From: an uncultured Spirochaetota bacterium
GTDB lineage: Bacteria; Spirochaetota; Brevinematia; Brevinematales; JAOACQ01
NCBI GenBank assembly: GCA_963835575.1
Contig: CAWIGG010000004.1
Coordinates: 480,001-544,000, forward strand
Length of the DNA: 64,000 bases
Direction of reading: 5' to 3'
Every line of letters begins with the position of its first letter. Position 1 is the first letter of the stretch. The notes beneath the pieces are model-generated. The model saw only the letters and a list, made by a program, of their open reading frames with translations, ran no database searches and had not been told where the DNA came from. Shown in pieces: positions 29,813-38,740 of this stretch. A program made the position numbers and the translations under genes.

Positions 29813-31691
29813 TTATTTTAACTCCTTCTTAATATATCTTCTAAACTTGAGAAAATAATTCCAGGTTGAATAGAAGAGTCTTTCTTAAGGTATCTTCTAG
29901 TTCCCAGTAAATCAAGAATTGTTCTTAACATTTCATCTTTATCATTTGATTCTATATATGCTATTTTAGCGATCATTATAAATTCTATGAATGTTAAACG
30001 ATATTTTGCCAAGTCTTGACTTGAGAGGTTTATATAAATCTCTTCCTTATCTATATTAATACTTAAATCAGATTTTTCATGGCTTTTTAATACATAATTA
30101 ACTTGAAAACTTTTACCCATAAAAGTAGTTCTGAAAGATGAAAAAACATCGGGGGAAATCTTTATAATAAGATTCTTACTTTTAGAATCTCTCTCTCGAA
30201 TAAAATTTTTTAAAAGTGGTTTTTTTGTAATAACAATTTTAATATCTCCCTGAACATTATCCGCAAGTAACAAATCTGATTGATTTTTTTTAAGAAGATT
30301 TTCTATAATTGCATCTCTATCTTCTATGTTTGTATTAGAGAATACTTTTGATATTTTACTAAGATATTCACCTGATTCTTTTTCATCAGTTAAAATACCA
30401 GATTCAATCAAAACTTTATCAAATTTTTCAAAAACTTTACGGATATCAAAGAATGGTTCGACTAAAGCTTCAACAACTTTTTTCCCTTTTTTCCATATTT
30501 CTCTGTATTCGGTGTTTATATTACTAATAAACCCTTTTAGTTCACTATAGAAACCTAAAAAATCTTTATTATCCCAAAGATATTCATCTCTGGTAACTAC
30601 AAGCATTTTGGTCATATCTTTGTGAAATATTTCTGCGTATATCCATGTTTTCAAAGGTTCATCTACAATTTTTTTCCTTGTTCCAGGTTTTTGAAAGAAA
30701 TCAGCTGATTTAACTAGAAAATTTCTATTACGAACCCAAAAACCAGTTTCGTCTAAACGCTGATCTTCTTTTTCTTCCTCTTCTTCTTTTATATTTTTTT
30801 TGTTACGATCTTCAATATCTTGAGAAGATATTAAAAGATAACCAATAAATAAATTATCTTTTGAAATAAATAATTGAATATCAGCATCAGTAAATATAAC
30901 ATCATTAATAAATTCGGGATAATATTTGTTTAATTCTTTATAACCCGCTTCGGAGCTAATATTACCATAAAATACTCTAATATTTTTACAATATTCGAGA
31001 TTATTGAATATGTTTTCTTTAATATTCTCCAGTTTTGCTTTATCTTGAATATGATTAAAAAAAGGATCATTATAATCCGGTTTTAACGGAAGTATTTTCA
31101 TTAATTGTTTCACATATTCTTCACTACTAACCTTTTCAATTATATTATCATCAACATTCTGAAGAATGATCTCTGTAAAAGACTCTGGTAAGACACCTTG
31201 GTTATATTTCATTATTATATCATCACTTAAGGGAGATAATTCTTCTCTTGAAGACGATAAAACATCCATTGAAATGAAATCTTTTATATTATCTACTGGT
31301 TGGCTTTCAACCTTATCACTAAAGATTTGTTGAGTTTCTATTGTATAATAATTTGTTTGATCAGTATCGATTTCTTTAGAAAAGATAATGGCTTTATTTC
31401 CCATTTGAAGTACTGACATTAATCCTAAACCAAAATAGGAATTGGTTTCATCACTTTGACGGGTTTCTCCATAACCTATACTATTAAAAATATCTTTAAA
31501 TCTATCAGTTGGAAAATCCGGACGAAACATGCCGGGGTTCCGGGTGAAACATGCCACCCAATCCGTGTGAAACATGCCGGGTAATCCGGATGAAATGTTA
31601 CCACCTACCATAAGAAAAAGCGAATCAAACACGAAGAATTCCTCCGAGAATGTTAAGCTAATCCTTCTTGAAAAAATAAGAAGGAGTTGGT

Positions 31692-33248
31692 ATGCCGAAC
31701 AGGAGGAAGCCTATGAAGAAAATCCGGGAAGTGATCCGGATGATCAAAGAAAACGGCCTGAGCTGCCGTGTGACATCAAAGGCCCTGGATATTTCCAGGC
31801 CAACCGTGCAAAGATATATATCCAGGTTTGAAAAAAGCGGCCTAACCATCGCGGAAATTTATGAAATGAGCGATTCTGCTTTAATTGAAATTTTCGAATC
31901 GATGGCAGAAGGTGACAGTCAGGAAGAAACCGAAAAGGATAATCTGTACAATGAATTCCCCGAATACAGTAAGGAACTACTGCGTACAGGCGTCAATCTG
32001 AGATTGCTTTGGGAAGAATACCTGAGAAAATATCCAGGAGGCTATCGCTATTCTCAATTCTGCTATCACTACGGCATCTGGAAAGGTTCTCTTGAAATAT
32101 CCATGCACCAGGAATACAAGGCCGGAGACAAGCTTTTTGTTGATTTTACCGGCGCGAAATTTCCGATTGTAGACCGTTCCACAGGAGAAGTTATAGAGAA
32201 AGAGGTATTCGTAGCCATTCTTGGAGCAAGCCAGTATACATATGTGGAAGCGACGGATAGCCAGAAGAAAGAAGACTTAATCAGGGCTATCGAGAACGCG
32301 TTGTATTACTTCGGAGGATCACCAAGAGCCATAATACCCGATTGTTTAAAAAGCGCTGTAACGTTGGGCAATAAATATGAACCTGCAATTAATTCTGAAT
32401 TTCAGAATTTTTGCAGACATTATTCTATGTGTCCCCTCCCTGCAAGACCATATAAACCGCGAGATAAAGCACACGTTGAAAACGCCGTAAAAATCACCTA
32501 CAGCTGGATATTTGCCGTTCTCAGGAATAGAGTTTTTTATACTCTGGGAGAATTGAATATTGCTATACGGGAACAATTGGGAATCTATAATTCAAAGAAG
32601 ATGCAGAAGCTCAAAGTCAGCAGGCGGGAATTTTTCGAGGAAACAGAACGGAAAGAGTTAAAACCGCTTCCGAAGGAAAGATACAGTTTTAAAAGCTTCT
32701 CAAAAGCTAAGATCCAATTCAACTATCATGTCTGTCTCAAAGAAGATTCTCATTACTACAGCGTTCCATATCGATATAGAGGCAAAATGGCAGATATTGT
32801 TACTTCCGATCGGACAGTGGAAATATTTGTTGATAATATCCGCATTGCAGCCTATCCACGGGACCGTAGAAAGCAAGTTTATACAACCACACATGAACAT
32901 ATGCCGCCCCATCACAGGTGGGTCGGAGACTGGAATCCGGAGAAGTTAACACATTGGGGTAAGTCGCTTGGTCCGGATGTTGAAGAAATGATAAAGAGAG
33001 TCCTGCAAAGCAGGGATTATCCAGAACAGGCATATAAGGTCTGTCTGGGCATCTTAAGCCTGGCCAAAAAACTCGGAAAAGAAAGGCTCGATAAAGCCTG
33101 TAAACGGGCGCTTGATTTTCAGTATTATTCATATCAGGGAATAAAGCGGATTCTGGAGAAAGGCCTGGATAATTTTGAGGAAGAATCGGTACTGTTTCCG
33201 GCCGTTAAGATGCATGAAAATATCCGCGGAAGAGAATATTTTGAATAG
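31692..33248 (+). CDS. istA: IS21 transposase IstA
   Basis: N-terminal HTH, FVDFTG, IIPDCLKSAV, ARPYKPRDKAHVENAV, HYYSVPY, HENIRG. Confidence 0.95.
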   Translation: MPNRRKPMKKIREVIRMIKENGLSCRVTSKALDISRPTVQRYISRFEKSGLTIAEIYEMSDSALIEIFESMAEGDSQEETEKDNLYNEFPEYSKELLRTGVNLRLLWEEYLRKYPGGYRYSQFCYHYGIWKGSLEISMHQEYKAGDKLFVDFTGAKFPIVDRSTGEVIEKEVFVAILGASQYTYVEATDSQKKEDLIRAIENALYYFGGSPRAIIPDCLKSAVTLGNKYEPAINSEFQNFCRHYSMCPLPARPYKPRDKAHVENAVKITYSWIFAVLRNRVFYTLGELNIAIREQLGIYNSKKMQKLKVSRREFFEETERKELKPLPKERYSFKSFSKAKIQFNYHVCLKEDSHYYSVPYRYRGKMADIVTSDRTVEIFVDNIRIAAYPRDRRKQVYTTTHEHMPPHHRWVGDWNPEKLTHWGKSLGPDVEEMIKRVLQSRDYPEQAYKVCLGILSLAKKLGKERLDKACKRALDFQYYSYQGIKRILEKGLDNFEEESVLFPAVKMHENIRGREYFE

Positions 33249-33260
33249 GAGGAACTGAAT

Positions 33261-34004
33261 ATGACCAATGAAGCAACTATTGAAAAAATGCAGAAGATGA
33301 AACTGCATGGGATGTCCAGGGCGTTTGAGGATATCATTGCCGGTAAAACGCCTGACGGCCTGACTGCCGATGAAACAATTGCGCATCTTGTGGATTCGGA
33401 ATGGGACGAAAGGTATAATCGGAAACTGTCATCTTTAATCAAAAGAGGGCGTTTCAGATATCAGGCTGGTCTGGAGAATCTTTCTTACCGTGCGGATAGA
33501 GAACTGGATAAAAATCTGATATTGAGGCTTTCGAATTGTGATTGGATACGAAAGAAAGAAAATATGATTATTACAGGCGCTACCGGCAGCGGGAAAAGCT
33601 ATCTTGCATCAGCTTTCGGTAATCAGGCTTGCCGGCAGGGCTACAGGACCCTTTATTTCAACTGTTTGAAGATTTTTACCCGGTTAAAATTCGCAAAAGC
33701 GGAAGGTAGTTACTCAAAAGAAATGAATTTTATCCAGAAGCAGGATTTATTGATACTGGATGATTTTGGTCTTGAAATTCTTGATACACCCTCAAGATTG
33801 TCTCTTCTGGAAATGCTTGAGGACCGGCATGGTAAAAACTCTACTTTGATAACTTCTCAGCTGCCGGTAAAAGATTGGTTTGAAAAAATCGGTGATCCTA
33901 CGATAGCTGACGCAATCTGTGACAGGATAAATCATTCTGCTATTAAAATCGAATTGAAGGGGGTTGATTCTATGCGTAAAATTTATGCTAAAGATTCTGG
34001 ATGA
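33261..34004 (+). CDS. istB: IS21 helper ATPase IstB
   Basis: GATGSGKS Walker A, LLILDDFG Walker B, TSQLP..W, ADAICDR. Confidence 0.95.
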   Translation: MTNEATIEKMQKMKLHGMSRAFEDIIAGKTPDGLTADETIAHLVDSEWDERYNRKLSSLIKRGRFRYQAGLENLSYRADRELDKNLILRLSNCDWIRKKENMIITGATGSGKSYLASAFGNQACRQGYRTLYFNCLKIFTRLKFAKAEGSYSKEMNFIQKQDLLILDDFGLEILDTPSRLSLLEMLEDRHGKNSTLITSQLPVKDWFEKIGDPTIADAICDRINHSAIKIELKGVDSMRKIYAKDSG

Positions 34005-34279
34005 AACATGCCACCTGCCTTAAAATGTTTTGGGAATTTTAGTGTTTTGAAAAGTGGTAACATTTCGCCCGGAACCCCGGCACATTTCACCGGAATACGC
34101 AATCAGTTGAAATTCCAGTACCATTATCGTAAAAAGAAATACTTTTAGCGTTTTCATCAATAGTTATAATAAATATAGTAGCGTTTTTATCAATAGAATT
34201 TGATACTGCTTCCCTTGTTTTAATACGTATATCCGAATAAATTGATTTAGCTATAGTATTAAGAATTCCTGCTTTTACA

Positions 34280-35410
34280 TTAACAGAGGATAAATTTGTT
34301 TTCATCAATTCCCCCCTTTTTTGTTCTTTTAATGATCTTATCATATTCATAAATTTTATAGAGTTTCTGTATAAATTCTTCCTTATTGTTTCCATAAATA
34401 TTCAAGAAAGCATTTCTATCCTTCTTTATTAAGCCCTTCTTGTAATAGAAAAGCAGACTAAGATTAAATGCACGTAATAAATACGTATTCCAATATTTTC
34501 CTGGAATTGTGGCGTTTGTTTCAACAGGTCTTCTATAACGCATTGGAAATGAAAGGACCCCTTCTTTATTCAATAAATTAATACGATAATAAAGTTCTTC
34601 TGGTGTATCATTATAGTTAAATAATACATAAACTCTGATTTCAGTATTAGTATTTTTCTTTGCAATAGATATAGCTTTTAATATATCTTTTTCATAACTG
34701 ATATTATCAAATGCAAATCTTATTGGGTCAAGTCTAATTTTTGATAATAATTTTGATTTATCTTCATCATAAAGTCTTGCATCAATACCTTGATTAAAAT
34801 CAACAATTTTATTAAAACTGGCTAAAGTTTCACAATCCTTTTCAAAGTTTGGCGATTGTAAAAAATTATTATCCCATAACGTTATATATTTTAATTTAAT
34901 ATCAACATCTCTTTCCCATCCCACCCTTACAAAAAAGTTCGGTTCAAGTGTATTTACACTGCAAAAACCACAATGACGTTGACAACCTCTTGTAGTAAAA
35001 CTGATGGATGTATTTATTTTTCTTTCGAAAGAGAGAGAATAATCAGGTGGATAAAATTCTGCATCCATATATAGTCCTTTATGAATAATGACATTCTTAT
35101 AAGGAAATTCTATATCATTAATCAGAGTCGTACCAATACCACCGACAATAATTTCACTTAATGGAAATTTTTTTGAATAGAAATCTATACATTCGACAAG
35201 ATATTTGTAATCCCAAGTAAAAAGTGAAGTAATAAATATTTTATTTGGTTTGTTTATGTGTTGAGGAATTCCTATACCAACTTGAGAAACAACTGTACAT
35301 CCTTTATATTTATCTTTAAGCATTGATGATATTTTTAATAACCCTAATGGTGGATATGGAGTCTTAGAAACTGGTTCTACTAATAAAAACTGATCATTTG
35401 TATTAATCAT
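34280..35410 (-). CDS. Radical SAM protein with N-terminal B12-binding-like domain
   Basis: YPPLGLLKIS, ITSLFTW, IVGGI, PPDYSL, TTRGCQRHCGFC, WDNNF, VDFNQGIDARL, IRFAFD, YVLFNYNDTPE. Confidence 0.88.
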   Translation of the reverse strand: MINTNDQFLLVEPVSKTPYPPLGLLKISSMLKDKYKGCTVVSQVGIGIPQHINKPNKIFITSLFTWDYKYLVECIDFYSKKFPLSEIIVGGIGTTLINDIEFPYKNVIIHKGLYMDAEFYPPDYSLSFERKINTSISFTTRGCQRHCGFCSVNTLEPNFFVRVGWERDVDIKLKYITLWDNNFLQSPNFEKDCETLASFNKIVDFNQGIDARLYDEDKSKLLSKIRLDPIRFAFDNISYEKDILKAISIAKKNTNTEIRVYVLFNYNDTPEELYYRINLLNKEGVLSFPMRYRRPVETNATIPGKYWNTYLLRAFNLSLLFYYKKGLIKKDRNAFLNIYGNNKEEFIQKLYKIYEYDKIIKRTKKGGIDENKFILC

Positions 35411-35446
35411 TAAAAAAACCTTTTATCCATATAGAGTATTCTATTT

Positions 35447-35475
35447 ATTATATGGAATATTTATTTTCCGGTCAA
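35447..35475 (-). promoter_or_regulatory. Near-consensus sigma70 promoter for the radical SAM-ATPase-cyclase operon
   Basis: Minus strand TTGACC (35475-35470), 17 bp, TATAAT (35452-35447), about 37 bp upstream of ATG 35410. Confidence 0.7.
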
Positions 35476-36348
35476 TTAGATGTTGTATTAAATAGAAATT
35501 ATAATTCATTGCTCAATATCATAAAATTTAGTAATTAACTCTTTTGGATTTCATAGGAAGAATCCCAAGAGCGGAACCTCTATTAAGGGTAAACTCTAGC
35601 GTTATAATTAATTTGTTGTGGCATAGTGTTCAAGTCTTAATATAATTGTTCCTCCCCCCACCCAACAAAAAAGGCAATGGCTTCAACACCATCGCCCATC
35701 AATCCCCCTTAATCGCAAAAACAAGCTCAAAACCCCCAGTCAAAGACAGTAAATCATATTGCGTTTCAAAGGATATGTCAATTATTGTGAAATCCCGCCT
35801 GACATCCGGCTTCTTTATTCCCGGACATCTCGGTAGTGCGGCCCCTCGATACAATTTCGCTGTATTTCTATGGACATTTCGATAGTGCGGCAAAGCAGGG
35901 AGCGTTAAACTCAATGTCCGTGTTTTGTCTTATTTTATTATTTTTTTTCTTCATTATCGTCCCCCGGCGGGGGCAGAGAGTAAACTTTTCCAGACGCGTC
36001 ACTCAGTTAATTATGGAATTGTAATGCAGAGCATCGCGCAGAGGGCGTAGTTTTGCCCGCGACCGGCCGGCTTGAACGTGCGGAATGTCTGAGCGCGCCC
36101 ATTGTCGGCAATTCAGGAATCAAGACAGATTTACAAAAGAATCTTTCATAAAAACGCTTACAATGGGTGTGCGAGTTCCGCGCGTGCGGCCGGGAGCGGA
36201 TGCAAAACAAGCCCTCGCAGCGTAGCGTGCTTTTGTTTTTATAAAAAAAGAATATGATTATAAAACAGCATCCGGAAAAGTTTACTCTCTGCCGCTATCT
36301 TCCGCCGGGGGACAATCCTGCTGGCGATGCGCGCAGCGCATCGCGCTC

Positions 36349-37020
36349 TCATTTATCGAGTGCGGCTTCCAGCAATGTGATGAGAATTTTTTGCCGGTCC
36401 AGCGAAAGGAAGTGATCGGCCGTGAGGATGGCTTGCCCGAAATCCCGGCCAAGGAAATCAAAAGAAAGCTTTTCCCCTGTTGAGAGCGCATGAATGGAAA
36501 TATCGAGAATTTTTGAAAATTCCGCGAGTTTGTCAACAGTGGGATATATTCCTGATTCATATTGGGATAAAAGGTTCCTGGTAATTCCCAGCTTTTCGGC
36601 AAGGCTGGATTGGGTCATACTTCTCAAATTACGCATATTTTTTAAATTGGAATGAAAATCCCCGGTCAATTCGATCTTAATTGGGTCCCGGCACAATTCC
36701 GCTTTTAAGGCGGATTTTTTACCAAGCAGTGACTCGGCGGTGATTCTTAAGTTTTTCCTTGAAGCGGAAAAAGGGCCTCTGTCCAGTTTTTCGGCCAGTC
36801 CGATTAAATTCAGGTTCCGCGGATACGGGCATTCATCCCCCCGCATAATATAATCCAGGGAAAATTGAAAAACATCTTTTATTTTGACCAATACCTTAAA
36901 AGACGGGTAACTTCTGCCATTCTCATAAGCCGTTATGGTATTTGGGTCTATCGATAACTTTTGAGCTAATTGTTGGCGGGACAAATTATAATAATCTCTA
37001 ATTTCTTTAAGATATTTCAT
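36349..37020 (-). CDS. Tandem double-HTH XRE-family transcriptional regulator
   Basis: Two XRE domains (LSRQQLAQKLSI....ITAYENGRSYP and MTQSSLAEKLGI....LSQYESGIYP). Likely start ATG 37020 after AAGAGG. Confidence 0.88.
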   Translation of the reverse strand: MKYLKEIRDYYNLSRQQLAQKLSIDPNTITAYENGRSYPSFKVLVKIKDVFQFSLDYIMRGDECPYPRNLNLIGLAEKLDRGPFSASRKNLRITAESLLGKKSALKAELCRDPIKIELTGDFHSNLKNMRNLRSMTQSSLAEKLGITRNLLSQYESGIYPTVDKLAEFSKILDISIHALSTGEKLSFDFLGRDFGQAILTADHFLSLDRQKILITLLEAALDK

Positions 37021-37051
37021 TATTCCTCTTGACAAACAAATAAATAATTGA

Positions 37052-37083
37052 TGCACTATTTACAAATAGTGTTAAATAGTGCA
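37052..37083. promoter_or_regulatory. Putative operator upstream of the XRE gene
   Basis: TGCACTATTT followed by two inverted copies, AAATAGTG and AAATAGTGCA. Confidence 0.5.
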
Positions 37084-37340
37084 GCCCTTTTCTTTTAATA
37101 GAATTTGTTTGCACTTTATATATATTTCAAAAAATTAAAAATGCACCTGCATATTTTCAACGCAAGCAAACCCGGCTTTCCGAAGTCCTGGCCGGGCGAA
37201 GAAAGCAGGGGGCTTTAAATCGGGAAATATCCACGAATTTTATATTATAAGGCGGACATCCGCTTTACGCAATTCGGGGGTCATATTTCTAAAGGTTGAA
37301 TTACAATTTTGTGGGAAAGAATGGCGGGATAAATCCCTTT

Positions 37341-37571
37341 TTATTTTTCACATTTTGAATTTTTATCAACCCATTTAATACACAAACAATACCACAAAGC
37401 GGCTAATAAAAATCCCAGACCGATAAAATATGCCCTATTATTGAATCCAAGGAAAAGAGAAACAACCGATTAACCAATACAAAACCAAAAATAACCCAAT
37501 GCTGTTTTCCTGCTGTAAATTCCCATCAAACCGATTTTTACCAATAATGGGAATCCCTGAGTATTTTTCAT
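37341..37571 (-). pseudogene. Small membrane-protein gene (76 codons) with a premature TAA
   Basis: AGGAG RBS; MKNTQGFPLLVKIGLMGIYSRKTALGYFWFCIG*SVVSLFLGFNNRAYFIGLGFLLAALWYCLCIKWVDKNSKCEK; stop at 37470-37472; TTGACA-17-TATGAT promoter at 37696-37668. Confidence 0.65.
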
Positions 37572-37773
37572 TTTTATCTCCTGACAAATCTAGTTTATTA
37601 AAAATATTAAGCATTGCAGTGCTAACAAATTTCTCTTTTTATAAAGCATTTAAAATTAATTGTATTTATCATAATAAAGCACTGTTTAGCTGTCAAGACC
37701 GGATTATTTATAGTTTAATGTTTTATCTGATGAGAAGATTTTGTTTGTAGGTTTTATGTATTGGATTAAATTG

Positions 37774-37820
37774 GCTGATCCGCGATAATTCGCCCAATCC
37801 GCGTCATCCGCGTGCAGAAT
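37774..37820. repeat. Right arm of 47-bp inverted repeat bounding the AT-rich island
   Basis: GCTGATCCGCGATAATTCGCCCAATCCGCGTCATCCGCGTGCAGAAT, reverse complement of 28548-28594 with 4 mismatches. Confidence 0.88.
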
Positions 37821-37930
37821 TGGATCAGTATAATAAGGCTGCAATAATTTGTTTTTATAATCGTTCTTTTAAGGAATTGAATGAAAAATATTAATCTGTG
37901 TAATCTGTGGTTAATCCCTGGTCTTTGCGC

Positions 37931-38470
37931 CTAGTTAAATCCCAATTCCTTGAGTACTATGGACGCCATAATAGCCGCGACTGTGCCGACTTTCGATGAA
38001 TAAAGCTTATTCTCATGAAAGTCCGAAACAAAATCGCCCGCGATATAGATATGACCGTTCGGCTTTTTGACCCGGATGGCACTTGTATCGAGCCCGGCGA
38101 CGCCGGATGCGCTGACAATAACTGCCGGGGATTCATAAAAAGTTTCCAGCAGCATGGCCTTGAGTACCGCTTTATCGAAGCCTTCTATTATAATGCCGCA
38201 GTCATGAAAAGTCTTTTCGATATTGTCCTTATCAAGGACGCTGTTAACTTTTTCGATAACGATCTCGGGATTGATGTTTGTTAAATTTTCCTCAAGGGCA
38301 TCAACCTTGAACATGCCGATTTGATTTTTGAAATAAAACTGTCTTGTGAGGTTGGATTCCTCCACCTTATCGAAATCGGCGATTTTGAGCTGTTTTATAC
38401 CGCTTCTTGTAAGATGCATGGCAACGTTACTGCCGATCCCGCCGATGCCTGCGACCCCGATTTTAATCAT
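37931..38470 (-). CDS. thiF: Sulfur-carrier adenylyltransferase (ThiF/E1-like)
   Basis: GIGGIGSN, DFDKVEESNLTRQ, G.FKV, IIEGFD; adjacent to thiS. Confidence 0.85.
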   Translation of the reverse strand: MIKIGVAGIGGIGSNVAMHLTRSGIKQLKIADFDKVEESNLTRQFYFKNQIGMFKVDALEENLTNINPEIVIEKVNSVLDKDNIEKTFHDCGIIIEGFDKAVLKAMLLETFYESPAVIVSASGVAGLDTSAIRVKKPNGHIYIAGDFVSDFHENKLYSSKVGTVAAIMASIVLKELGFN

Positions 38471-38472
38471 AC

Positions 38473-38676
38473 TTATCCCCCGCCGACAAAGCTGACGATT
38501 TCAAGGCGGTCGTTAGTCTTAAGTTTTGTTTCCTTCCAGAACTCTCTCTTAATGATATTGTAATTGAGCTCGGCAACGACATTTTCGGGAATGAGCTTTT
38601 TTTCACCGGCAATAAAATCATACAGGTTTTCCGATGCGATTTCAGCCTCTGTTCCGTTTAAGATTATTTTAATCAT
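38473..38676 (-). CDS. thiS: Sulfur carrier protein ThiS
   Basis: VVAELNYNII...L...DRLEIVSFVGGG with C-terminal GG; ATG 38676 after GAGGA. Confidence 0.9.
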   Translation of the reverse strand: MIKIILNGTEAEIASENLYDFIAGEKKLIPENVVAELNYNIIKREFWKETKLKTNDRLEIVSFVGGG

Positions 38677-38740
38677 ATAAATCCTCATAAAGACGTTGTT
38701 TCCGGCTGTAGAATATTATTACAGCCGGAAAACTGTTTTT

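Larger units (their letters stand above)
31510..34101 (+). mobile_element. IS21-family insertion sequence (2,592 bp, 6-bp target duplication ATCAGT)
   Basis: Ends TGGAAAATCCGGACGAAACATGCC / GGCACATTTCACCGGAATACGCA (TG...CA), multiple TCCGGnTGAAACATGCC end repeats, ATCAGT at 31504-31509 and 34102-34107, istA plus istB. Confidence 0.95.
29818..34305 (-). pseudogene. GHKL (HSP90/MORC-like) ATPase, 629 aa when reconstructed, interrupted by IS21
   Basis: 5' part 34305-34102 has REAVSNSID and DNGTGI. 3' part 31503-29818 has SIGYG...YFGLGLMS and FTEIIL. Removing the IS plus one ATCAGT gives in-frame DNGTGISTDRFKDIFNSIG. Confidence 0.88.

Noticed and set aside
31517..31602. Four ~17-bp direct repeats that look like a mini-CRISPR or iteron array
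   Set aside because: They are the multiple terminal repeats typical of IS21 ends; the spacers are only 5-6 bp and there are no cas or rep genes.
29818..31632. 604-aa ORF as an independent native gene
   Set aside because: Its first ~40 codons are IS21 terminal repeats; the real N-terminus is at 34305-34102.
34087..34395. 102-aa ORF as a complete small protein
   Set aside because: It is the 5' fragment of the interrupted ATPase (true start 34305) running into the IS end.
35699..35914. 71-aa ORF upstream of the radical SAM gene as a fourth system component
   Set aside because: No clear RBS or recognisable motif, and it is separated from the operon by that operon's own promoter; it cannot be supported without a homology search.
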